Positions 52,101 to 64,000 of a stretch of DNA of 64,000 bases are shown in pieces. A program made the position numbers and the translations under genes. The notes under the pieces were generated by a model that was not told where the DNA came from, searched no databases, and saw only the letters and a program-made list of their open reading frames with translations. Source of the DNA: Balanoglossus misakiensis (lineage: Eukaryota > Animalia > Hemichordata); NCBI GenBank assembly GCA_040954595.2, contig CM082586.2, positions 10,199,337 to 10,263,336 of the forward strand, read 5' to 3'. The stretch's first letter is position 1; the number at the start of each line of letters is the position of its first letter.

Positions 52101-55100
52101 CTATCCGTCGATCTACAGAGTCTGGTGGAAAACTTTCTTATGCGCATAGGCCTATTACGTGCTCTGCGCCTCACAACAGAATTCGGTAAATAAACGAGGC
52201 TGTTTGGAAGCAACCATGGACATTGTACAACTATCCGTCGATCTACAAAGTCTAGTGGAAACGTTCTTATGCGCATAGGCCTATCAATGTGTTATGCGCA
52301 TCACAACAGAAATCGGTAAATAAACGAGGCTGTATTTGGAAGCAACCATGAAATTTTACAACTATCCGTCGATCTACAGAGTCTAGTGGAAAAATGTCTC
52401 ATGCGCATAGGCCTATCATGTGTTCTGCGCCTCACAACAGAAATCGGTAAATAAACGAGGCTGTTTGGAAGCAACCATGGAAATTTTACAGCTATCCGTC
52501 GATCTACAGAGTCTAGTGGAAAACGTTCTTATGCGCATAGGCCTATCTATGTGTTATGCGCATCACAACAGAAATCGGTAAATAAACGAGGCTGTGTTTG
52601 GAAGCAACCATGGACATTTTAGAACTATCTCTCGATCTACAGAGTCTGTAGTGGAAAACTTTCTTATGCACATATGCCTATCTATGTGTTCTGCGCCTCA
52701 CAACAGAATTCGGTAAATAAACGAGGCTGTTTGGAAGCAACCATGGAAATTTTACAGCTATCCGTCGATCTACAGAGTCTAGTGGAAAACGTTATTATGC
52801 GCATAGGCCTATATATGTGTTCTGCGCATCACAACAGAATTTTGTAAACAAACGAGGCTGTGTTTGGAAGCAACCATGGACATTTTAGAACTATCTCTCG
52901 ATCTACAGAGTCTATAGTGGAAAACTTTCTTATGCACATATGCCTATCTATGTGTTCTGCGCCTCACAACAGAATTCGGTAAATAAACGAGGCTGTTTGG
53001 AAGCAACCATGGAAATTTTACAACTATCCGTCGATCTACAGAGTCTAGTGGAAAACGTTATTATGCGCATAGGCCTATATATGTGTTCTGCGCATCACAA
53101 CAGAATTTTGTAAACAAACGAGGCTGTGTTTGGAAGCAACCATGGAAATTTTAGAACTATCTCTCGATCTACAGAGTCTAGTGGAAAACTTTATTATGCA
53201 CATATGCCTATCTATGTGTTCTGCGCATCACAACAGAAATCGGTAAATAAACGAGGCTGTTTGGAAGCAACCATGGAAATTTTACAACTATCCGTCGATC
53301 TACAGAGTCTGGTGGAAAACTTTCTTATGCGCATAGGCCTATTACGTGCTCTGCGCCTCACAACAGAATTCGGTAAATAAACGAGGCTGTTTGGAAGCAA
53401 CCATGGAAATTTTAGAACTATCCGTCGATCTACAGAGTCTAGTGGAAAAATGTCTTATGCGCATAGGCCTATCATGTGTTCTGCGCCTCACAACAGAAAT
53501 CGGTAAATAAACGAGGCTGTTTGGAAGCAACCATGGAAATTGTACAACTATCCGTCGATCTAAAGAGTCTAGTGGAAAACGTTCTTATGCGCATAGGCCT
53601 ATCTATGTGTTATGCGCATCACAACAGAAATCGGTAAATAAACGAGGCTGTATTTGGAAGCAACCATGAAATTTTACAACTATCCGTCGATCTACAGAGT
53701 CTGGTGGAAAACTTCCTTATGCGCATAGACCTATTACGTGTTCTGCGCCTCACAACAGAATTCGGTAAATAAACGAGGCTGTTTGGAAGCAACCATGGAC
53801 ATTGTAGAACTATCCGTCGATCTACAAAGTCTAGTGGAAACGTTCTTATGCGCATAGGCCTATCAATGTGTTATGCGCATCACAACAGAAATCGGTAAAT
53901 AAACGAGGCTGTATTTGGAAGCAACCATGAAATTTTACAACTATCCGTCGATCTACAGAGTCTAGTGGAAAAATGTCTCATGCGCATAGGCCTATCATGT
54001 GTTCTGCGCCTCACAACAGAAATCAGTAAATAAACGAGGCTGTTTGGAAGCAACCATGGAAATTTTACAGCTATCCGTCGATCTACAGAGTCTAGTGGAA
54101 AACGTTATTATGCGCATAGGCCTATATATGTGTTCTGCGCATCACAACAGAATTTTGTAAACAAACGAGGCTGTGTTTGGAAGCAACCATGGAAATTTTA
54201 GAACTATCTCTCGATCTACAGAGTCTAGTGGAAAACTTAATTATGCACATATGCCTATCTATGTGTTCTGCGCATCACAACAGAAATCGGTAAATAAACG
54301 AGGCTGTTTGGAAGCAACCATGGAAATTTTACAACTATCCGTCGATCTACAGAGTCTGGTGGAAAACTTTCTTATGCGCATAGGCCTATTACGTGCTCTG
54401 CGCCTCACAACAGAATTCGGTAAATAAACGAGGCTGTTTGGAAGCAACCATGGACATTGTACAACTATCCGTCGATCTACAAAGTCTAGTGGAAACGTTC
54501 TTATGCGCATAGGCCTATCAATGTGTTATGCGCATCACAACAGAAATCGGTAAATAAACGAGGCTGTATTTGGAAGCAACCATGAAATTTTACAACTATC
54601 CGTCGATCTACAGAGTCTAGTGGAAAAATGTCTCATGCGCATAGGCCTATCATGTGTTCTGCGCCTCACAACAGAAATCGGTAAATAAACGAGGCTGTTT
54701 GGAAGCAACCATGGAAATTTTACAGCTATCCGTCGATCTACAGAGTCTAGTGGAAAACGTTCTTATGCGCATAGGCCTATCTATGTGTTATGCGCATCAC
54801 AACAGAAATCGGTAAATAAACGAGGCTGTGTTTGGAAGCAACCATGGACATTTTAGAACTATCTCTCGATCTACAGAGTCTGTAGTGGAAAACTTTCTTA
54901 TGCACATATGCCTATCTATGTGTTCTGCGCCTCACAACAGAATTCGGTAAATAAACGAGGCTGTTTGGAAGCAACCATGGAAATTTTACAGCTATCCGTC
55001 GATCTACAGAGTCTAGTGGAAAACGTTATTATGCGCATAGGCCTATATATGTGTTCTGCGCATCACAACAGAATTTTGTAAACAAACGAGGCTGTGTTTG

Positions 55101-56350
55101 GAAGCAACCATGGACATTTTAGAACTATCTCTCGATCTACAGAGTCTATAGTGGAAAACTTTCTTATGCACATATGCCTATCTATGTGTTCTGCGCCTCA
55201 CAACAGAATTCGGTAAATAAACGAGGCTGTTTGGAAGCAACCATGGAAATTTTACAACTATCCGTCGATCTACAGAGTCTAGTGGAAAACGTTATTATGC
55301 GCATAGGCCTATATATGTGTTCTGCGCATCACAACAGAATTTTGTAAACAAACGAGGCTGTGTTTGGAAGCAACCATGGAAATTTTAGAACTATCTCTCG
55401 ATCTACAGAGTCTAGTGGAAAACTTTATTATGCACATATGCCTATCTATGTGTTCTGCGCATCACAACAGAAATCGGTAAATAAACGAGGCTGTTTGGAA
55501 GCAACCATGGAAATTTTACAACTATCCGTCGATCTACAGAGTCTGGTGGAAAACTTTCTTATGCGCATAGGCCTATTACGTGCTCTGCGCCTCACAACAG
55601 AATTCGGTAAATAAACGAGGCTGTTTGGAAGCAACCATGGAAATTTTAGAACTATCCGTCGATCTACAGAGTCTAGTGGAAAAATGTCTTATGCGCATAG
55701 GCCTATCATGTGTTCTGCGCCTCACAACAGAAATCGGTAAATAAACGAGGCTGTTTGGAAGCAACCATGGAAATTGTACAACTATCCGTCGATCTAAAGA
55801 GTCTAGTGGAAAACGTTCTTATGCGCATAGGCCTATCTATGTGTTATGCGCATCACAACAGAAATCGGTAAATAAACGAGGCTGTTTGGAAGCAACCATG
55901 GACATTGTAGAACTATCCGTCGATCTACAAAGTCTAGTGGAAACGTTCTTATGCGCATAGGCCTATCAATGTGTTATGCGCATCACAACAGAAATCGGTA
56001 AATAAACGAGGCTGTATTTGGAAGCAACCATGAAATTTTACAACTATCCGTCGATCTACAGAGTCTAGTGGAAAAATGTCTCATGCGCATAGGCCTATCA
56101 TGTGTTCTGCGCCTCACAACAGAAATCGGTAAATAAACGAGGCTGTTTGGAAGCAACCATGGAAATTTTACAGCTATCCGTCGATCTACAGAGTCTAGTG
56201 GAAAAATGTCTCATGCGCATAGGCCTATCATGTGTTCTGCGCCTCACAACAGAAATCGGTAAATAAACGAGGCTGTTTGGAAGCAACCATGGAAATTTTA
56301 CAGCTATCCGTCGATCTACAGAGTCTAGTGGAAACGTTCTTATGCGCATA
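49150..56350. repeat. Three imperfect copies of a 2.2-2.6 kb higher-order unit (offsets 2629 and 2234)
   Basis: ORFs at 49310/51939/54173 and 50497/53126/55360. The private CTAAAGAG variant occurs at ~50931, 53560 and 55794. Confidence 0.85.
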
Positions 56351-59300
56351 GGCCTATATATGTGTTCTGCGCATCACAACAGAATTTTGTAAACAAACGA
56401 GGCTGTGTTTGGTAGCAACCATGGACATTTTAGAACTATCTCTCGATCTACAGAGTCTATAGTGGAAAACTTTCTTATGCACATATGCCTATCTATGTGT
56501 TCTGCGCCTCACAACAGAATTCGGTAAATAAACGAGGCTGTTTGGAAGCAACCATGGAAATTTTACAACTATCCGTCGATCTACAGAGTCTAGTGGAAAA
56601 CGTTATTATGCGCATAGGCCTATATATGTGTTCTGCGCATCACAACAGAATTTTGTAAACAAACGAGGCTGTGTTTGGAAGCAACCATGGACATTTTAGA
56701 ACTATCTCTCGATCTACAGAGTCTATAGTGGAAAACTTTCTTATGCACATAGGCCTATCAATGTGTTCTGTGCCTCACAACAGAATTCGGTAAATAAACG
56801 AGGCTGTTTGGAAGCAACCATGGAAATTTTAGAACTATCCGTCGATCTACAGAGTCTAGTGGAAAACGTTCTTATGCGCATAGGCCTATATATGTGTTCT
56901 GCGCATCACAACAGAATTTTGTAAACAAACGAGGCTGTGTTTGGAAGCAACCATGGAAATTTTAGAACTATCTCTCGATGTACAGAGTCTATAGTGGAAA
57001 ACTTTCTTATGCACATATGCCTATCTATGTGTTCTGCGCCTCAAAACAGAATTCCGTCAATAAACGAGGCTGTTTGGAAGCAACCATGGACATTTTAGAA
57101 CTATTCGTCGATCTACGGAGTCTAGTGGAAAACTTTCTTATGCGCATAGGCATATGTATGTGTTCTACGCATCACAACAGAATTCGGTAAATAAACGAGG
57201 CTGTTTGGAAACAACCATGGAAATTTTTGAACTATCCGTTGATCTAAAGTTGAAAAGTTTTTTATGCGCATAGGCCTATCTATGTGTTCTGCGCCTCACA
57301 ACAGAAATCGGTAAATAAACGAGGCTGTTTGGAAGCAACCATGGAAATTTTACAACTATCTCTCGATCTACAGAGTCTATAGTGGAAAACTTTCTTATTC
57401 ACATATGCCTATCTATGTGTTCTGCGCCTCAAAACAGAATTCCGCAAATAAACGAGGCTGTTTGGAAGCAAACATGGAAGTTTTAGAACTATCTCTGGAT
57501 CTACAGTGTATAGTGAAAAATGTCTTATGCGCACAGGCCTATCTATGTGTTCTGCGCATCACAACAGAATTTTGTAAACAATCGAGGATGTGTTTGGAAG
57601 AAATCATGGAAATTTTAGAACTATCCGTCGATCTACAGAGTCTAGTGGGAAACTTTCTTATGCGCATAGGCATATGTATGTGTTCAGCGCATCACAACAG
57701 AATTTTGTAAATGAACGAGGCTGTGTTTGGAAACAACCATGGAACTTTTACAACTATCCGTCGATCTACGGAGTCTGGTGGAAAACTTTCTTATGCGCAT
57801 AGGCCTATTGCGTGCTCTGCGCCTCACAACAGAATTCGGTAAATAAACGAGGCTGTTTGGAAGCAACCATGGAAATTTTAGAACTATCCGTCGATCTACA
57901 GAGTCTAGTGGAAAAATGTCTTATGCGCATAGGCCTATCATGTGTTCTGCGCCTCACAACAGAAATCGGTAAATAAACGAGGCTGTTTGGAAGCAACCAT
58001 GGAAATTGTACAACTATCCGTCGATCTACATAGTCTAGTGGAAAACGTTCTTATGCGCATAGGCCTATCTATGTGTTATGCGCATCACAACAGAAATCGG
58101 TAAATAAACGAGGCTGTATTTGGAAGCAACCATGAAATTTTACAACTATCCGTCGATCTACAGAGTCTGGTGGAAAACTTCCTTATGCGCATAGACCTAT
58201 TACGTGTTCTGCGCCTCACAACAGAATTCGGTAAATAAACGATGCTGTTTGGAAGCAACCATGGAAATTGTACAACTATCCGTCGATCTACAGAGTCTAG
58301 TGGAAAACGTTCTTATGCGCATAGGCCTATCTATGTGTTATGCGCATCACAACAGAAATCGGTAAATAAACGAGGCTGTGTTTGGAAGCAACCATGGACA
58401 TTTTAGAACTATCTCTCGATCTACAGAGTCTATAGTGGAAAACTTTCTTATGCACATATGCCTATCTATGTGTTCTGCGCCTCACAACAGAAATCGGTAA
58501 ATAAACGAGGCTGTTTAAAAGCAACCATGGAAATTTTACAGCTATCCGTCGATCTACAGAGTCTAGTGGAAACGTTCTTATGCGCATAGGCCTATATATG
58601 TGTTCTGCGCATCATAACAGAATTTTGTAAACAAACGAGGCTGTGTTTGGGAGCAACCATGGACATTTTAGAACTATCTCTCGATCTACAGAGTCTATAG
58701 TGGAAAACTTTCTTATGCACATATGCCTATCTATGTGTTCTGCGCCTCACAACAGAAATCGGTAAATAAACGAGGCTGTTTAAAAGCAACCATGGAAATT
58801 TTACAGCTATCCGTCGATCTACAGAGTCTAGTGGAAACGTTCTGATGCGCATAGGCCTATATATGTGTTCTGCGCATCACAACAGAATTTTGTAAACAAA
58901 CGAGGCTGTGTTTGGAAGCAACCATGGACATTTTAGAACTATCTCTCGATCTATAGAGTCTATAGTGGAAAACTTTCTTATGCACATATGCCTATCTATG
59001 TGTTCTGCGCCTCACAACAGAATTCGGTAAATAAACGAGGCTGTTTGGAAGCAACCATGGAAATTTTACAACTATCCGTCGATCTACAGAGTCTAGTGGA
59101 AAACGTTATTATGCGCATAGGCCTATATATGTGTTCTGCGCATCACAACAGAATTTTGTAAACAAACGAGGCTGTGTTTGGAAGCAACCATGGAAATTTT
59201 AGAACTATCTCTCGATCTACAGAGTCTAGTGGAAAACTTTATTATGCACATATGCCTATCTATGTGTTCTGCGCATCACAACAGAAATCGGTAAATAAAC

Positions 59301-59569
59301 GAGGCTGTTTGGAAGCAACCATGGAAATTGTACAACTATCCGTCGATCTACAGAGTCTGGTGGAAAACTTTCTTATGCGCATAGGCCTATTACGTGCTCT
59401 GCGCCTCACAACAGAATTCGGTAAATAAACGAGGCTGTTTGGAAGCAACCATGGAAATTTTAGAACTATCCGTCGATCTACAGAGTCTAGTGGAAAAATG
59501 TCTTATGCGCATAGGCCTATCATGTGTTCTGCGCCTCACAACAGAATTCGGTAAATAAACGAGGCTGTT

Positions 59570-62365
59570 TGGAAGCAACCATGGAAATTTTACAACTATC
59601 CGTCGATCTACAGAGTCTAGTGGAAAACGTTATTATGCGCATAGGCCTATATATGTGTTCTGCGCATCACAACAGAATTTTGTAAACAAACGAGGCTGTG
59701 TTTGGAAGCAACCATGGACATTTTAGAACTATCTCTCGATCTACAGAGTCTATAGTGGAAAACTTTCTTATGCACATAGGCCTATCTATGTGTTCTGCGC
59801 CTCACAACAGAAATCGGTAAATAAACGAGGCTGTATTTGGAAGCAACCATGAAATTTTACAACTATCCGTCGATCTACAGAGTCTAGTGGAAAAATGTCT
59901 CATGCGCATAGGCCTATCATGTGTTCTGCGCCTCACAACAGAAATCGGTAAATAAACGAGGCTGTTTGGAAGCAACCATGGAAATTTTACAACTATCCGT
60001 CGATCTACAGAGTCTAGTGGAAAACGTTATTATGCGCATAGGCCTATATATGTGTTCTGCGCATCACAACAGAATTTTGTAAACAAACGAGGCTGTGTTT
60101 GGAAGCAACCATGGACATTTTAGAACTATCTCTCGATCTACAGAGTCTATAGTGGAAAACTTTCTTATGCACATAGGCCTATCTATGTGTTCTGCGCCTC
60201 ACAACAGAAATCGGTAAATAAACGAGGCTGTATTTGGAAGCAACCATGAAATTTTACAACTATCCGTCGATCTACAGAGTCTAGTGGAAAAATGTCTCAT
60301 GCGCATAGGCCTATCATGTGTTCTGCGCCTCACAACAGAAATCGGTAAATAAACGAGGCTGTTTGGAAGCAACCATGGAAATTTTACAACTATCCGTCGA
60401 TCTACAGAGTCTAGTGGAAAACGTTATTATGCGCATAGGCCTATATATGTGTTCTGCGCATCACAACAGAATTTTGTAAACAAACGAGGCTGTGTTTGGA
60501 AGCAACCATGGACATTTTAGAACTATCTCTCGATCTACAGAGTCTATAGTGGAAAACTTTCTTATGCACATAGGCCTATCTATGTGTTCTGCGCCTCACA
60601 ACAGAAATCGGTAAATAAACGAGGCTGTATTTGGAAGCAACCATGAAATTTTACAACTATCCGTCGATCTACAGAGTCTAGTGGAAAAATGTCTCATGCG
60701 CATAGGCCTATCATGTGTTCTGCGCCTCACAACAGAAATCGGTAAATAAACGAGGCTGTTTAAAAGCAACCATGGAAATTTTACAGCTATCCGTCGATCT
60801 ACAGAGTCTAGTAGAAACGTTATTATGCACATATGCCTATCTATGTGTTCTGCGCATCACAACAGAAATCGGTAAATAAACGAGGCTGTTTGGAAGCAAC
60901 CATGGAAATTTTACAACTATCCGTCGATCTACAGAGTCTGGTGGAAAACTTTCTTATGCGCATAGGCCTATTACGTGCTCTGCGCCTCACAACAGAATTC
61001 GGTAAATAAACGAGGCTGTTTGGAAGCAACCATGGAACTTTTAGAACTATCCGTCGATCTACAGAGTCTAGTGGAAAAATGTCTTATGCGCATAGGCCTA
61101 TCATGTGTTCTGCGCCTCACAACAGAAATCGGTAAATAAACGAAGCTGTTTGGAAGCAACCATGGAAATTGTACAACTATCCGTCGATCTACAGAGTCTA
61201 GTGTAAAACGTTCTTATGCGCATAGGCCTATCTATGTGTTATGCGCATCACAACAGAAATCGGTAAATAAACGAGGCTGTATTTGGAAGCAACCATGAAA
61301 TTTTACAGCAATCCGTCGATCTACAGAGTCTAGTGGAAACGTTCTTATGCGCATAGGCCTATATATGTGTTCTGCGCATCACAACAGAATTTTGTAAACA
61401 AACGAGGCTGTGTATGGTAGCAACCATGGACATTTTAGAACTATCTCTCGATCTACAGAGTCTATAGTGGAAAACTTTCTTATGCACATATGCCTATCTA
61501 TGTGTTCTGCGCCTCACAACAGAATTCGGTAAATAAACGAGGCTGTTTGGAAGCAACCATGGAAATTTTACAACTATCCGTCGATCTACAGAGTCTAGTG
61601 GAAAACGTTATTATGCGCATAGGCCTATATATGTGTTCTGCGCATCACAACAGAATTTTGTAAACAAACGAGGCTGTGTTTGGAAGCAACCATGGACATT
61701 TTAGAACTATCTCTCGATCTACAGAGTCTATAGTGGAAAACTTTCTTATGCACATAGGCCTATCTATGTGTTCTGCGCCTCACAACAGAAATCGGTAAAT
61801 AAACGAGGCTGTATTTGGAAGCAACCATGAAATTTTACAACTATCCGTCGATCTACAGAGTCTAGTGGAAAAATGTCTCATGCGCATAGGCCTATCATGT
61901 GTTCTGCGCCTCACAACAGAAATCGGTAAATAAACGAGGCTGTTTGGAAGCAACCATGGAAATTTTACAACTATCCGTCGATCTACAGAGTCTAGTGGAA
62001 AACGTTATTATGCGCATAGGCCTATATATGTGTTCTGCGCATCACAACAGAATTTTGTAAACAAACGAGGCTGTGTTTGGAAGCAACCATGGACATTTTA
62101 GAACTATCTCTCGATCTACAGAGTCTATAGTGGAAAACTTTCTTATGCACATAGGCCTATCTATGTGTTCTGCGCCTCACAACAGAAATCGGTAAATAAA
62201 CGAGGCTGTATTTGGAAGCAACCATGAAATTTTACAACTATCCGTCGATCTACAGAGTCTAGTGGAAAAATGTCTCATGCGCATAGGCCTATCATGTGTT
62301 CTGCGCCTCACAACAGAAATCGGTAAATAAACGAGGCTGTTTGGAAGCAACCATGGAAATTTTAC
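59570..62365. repeat. 397 bp trimer higher-order repeat (3 copies at ~59570-60760, 2 copies at ~61550-62365)
   Basis: The same three-variant order recurs at 59581, 59978 and 60375. Confidence 0.8.
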
Positions 62366-64000
62366 AGCTATCCGTCGATCTACAGAGTCTAGTGGAAACG
62401 TTCTTATGCGCATAGGCCTATATATGTGTTCTGCGCATCACAACAGAATTTTGTAAACAAACGAGGCTGTGTTTGGTAGCAACCATGGACATTTTAGAAC
62501 TATCTCTCGATCTACAGAGTCTATAGTGGAAAACTTTCTTATGCACATATGCCTATCTATGTGTTCTGCGCCTCACAACAGAATTCGGTAAATAAACGAG
62601 GCTGTTTGGAAGCAACCATGGAAATTTTACAACTATCCGTCGATCTACAGAGTCTAGTGGAAAACGTTATTATGCGCATAGGCCTATATATGTGTTCTGC
62701 GCATCACAACAGAATTTTGTAAACAAACGAGGCTGTGTTTGGAAGCAACCATGGACATTTTAGAACTATCTCTCGATCTACAGAGTCTATAGTGGAAAAC
62801 TTTCTTATGCACATAGGCCTATCTATGTGTTCTGTGCCTCACAACAGAATTCGGTAAATAAACGAGGCTGTTTGGAAGCAACCATGGAAATTTTACAACT
62901 ATCCGTCGATCTACAGAGTCTAGTGGAAAACGTTCTTATGCGCATAGGCCTATATATGTGTTCTGCGCATCACAAAAGAATTTTGTAAACAAACGAGGCT
63001 GTGTTTGGAAGCAACCATGGACATTTTAGAACTATCTCTCGATCTACAGAGTCTATAGTGGAAAACTTTCTTATGCACATATGCCTATCTATGTGTTCTG
63101 CGCCTCAAAACAGAATTCCGTAAATAAACGAGGCTGTTTGGAAGCAAACATGGCAATTTTAGAACTATCTCTCGATCTACAGAGTATAGTGGAAAACGTT
63201 CATATGCGCATAGGCCTATCTATGTGTTCTGCGCATCACAACAGAATTTTGTAAACAAACCAGGCTTTGTTTGGAAGCAACCATGGACATTTTAGAACTA
63301 TTCGTCGATCTACGGAGTCTAGTGGAAAACTTTCTTATGCGCATAGGCATATGTATGTGTTCTACGCATCACAACAGAATTCGGTAAATAAACGAGGCTG
63401 TTTGGAAACAACCATGGAAATTTTAGAACTATCCGTTGATCTAAAGTTGAAAAGTTTTTTATGCGCATAGGCCTATCTATGTGTTCTGCGCCTCACAACA
63501 GAAATCGGTAAATAAACGAGGCTGTTTGGAAGCAACCATGGAAATTTTACAACTATCTCTCGATCTACAGAGTCTATAGTGGAAAACTTTCTTATTCACA
63601 TATGCCTATCTATGTGTTCTGCGCCTCAAAACAGAATTCCGCAAATAAACGAGGCTGTTTGGAAGCAAACATGGAAGTTTTAGAACTATCTCTCGATCTA
63701 CAGTGTATAGTGGAAAACGTTCATATGCGCATAGGCCTATCTATGTGTTCTGCGCATCACAACAGAATTTTGTAAACAAACGAGGCTGTGTTTGGTAGCA
63801 ACCATGGACATTTTAGAACTATCTCTCGATCTACAGAGTCTATAGTGGAAAACTTTCTTATGCACATATGCCTATCTATGTGTTCTGCGCCTCACAACAG
63901 AATTCGGTAAATAAACGAGGCTGTTTGGAAGCAACCATGGAAATTTTACAACTATCCGTCGATCTACGGAGTCTGGTGGAAAACTTTCTTATGCGCATAG

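Larger units (their letters stand above)
4343..64000. repeat. Tandem satellite DNA array, ~131 bp monomer (most variants 129-135 bp), about 450 copies, running off the right edge
   Basis: Consensus GGAAGCAACCATGGAAATTTTACAACTATCCGTCGATCTACAGAGTCTAGTGGAAAACGTTCTTATGCGCATAGGCCTATCTATGTGTTCTGCGCATCACAACAGAAATCGGTAAATAAACGAGGCTGTTT is repeated head-to-tail in one orientation, with no unique sequence or inversion seen. Confidence 0.99.

Noticed and set aside
4405-63470. Over 100 short ORFs (60-101 aa) on both strands, e.g. MLPNSLVYLP..., MFGSNHGNF...
   Set aside because: They are translations of the satellite monomer. Frequent 1-2 bp indels shift frames freely, many starts are GTG/TTG, and there is no domain similarity or frame preservation.
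4343-64000. CRISPR array or other repeat-spacer system
   Set aside because: The whole monomer is repeated with only point variants. There are no unique spacers and no cas genes, and the context is a eukaryotic retrotransposon.

Overview
Eukaryotic, probably invertebrate-animal, heterochromatin-type window with two parts. (1) 1-4342 is the 3' portion of an apparently young, intact Ty3/Gypsy (Metaviridae) LTR retrotransposon on the + strand. It has an uninterrupted pol ORF (RT-RNase H-integrase, open past the left edge), a ~60 bp 3' spacer with a PPT-like tract, and a 642 bp 3' LTR (TGTAACGG...CCGTGACA). (2) 4343-64000 is one uninterrupted head-to-tail satellite array of roughly 450 ~131 bp monomers, with variant families, dimers/trimers and kb-scale block duplications; the element is inserted inside a monomer. 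The most notable signals are in the element. The integrase tail carries a consensus PAM2 (PABP-binding) motif and an Arg-rich motif with CENP-C-like spacing. The LTR contains an exact 65 bp duplication whose ends coincide with the predicted transcription start and a splice donor, plus several sequences complementary to those signals. All short ORFs in the satellite are judged spurious. Analysis was by eye only; no searches were run.
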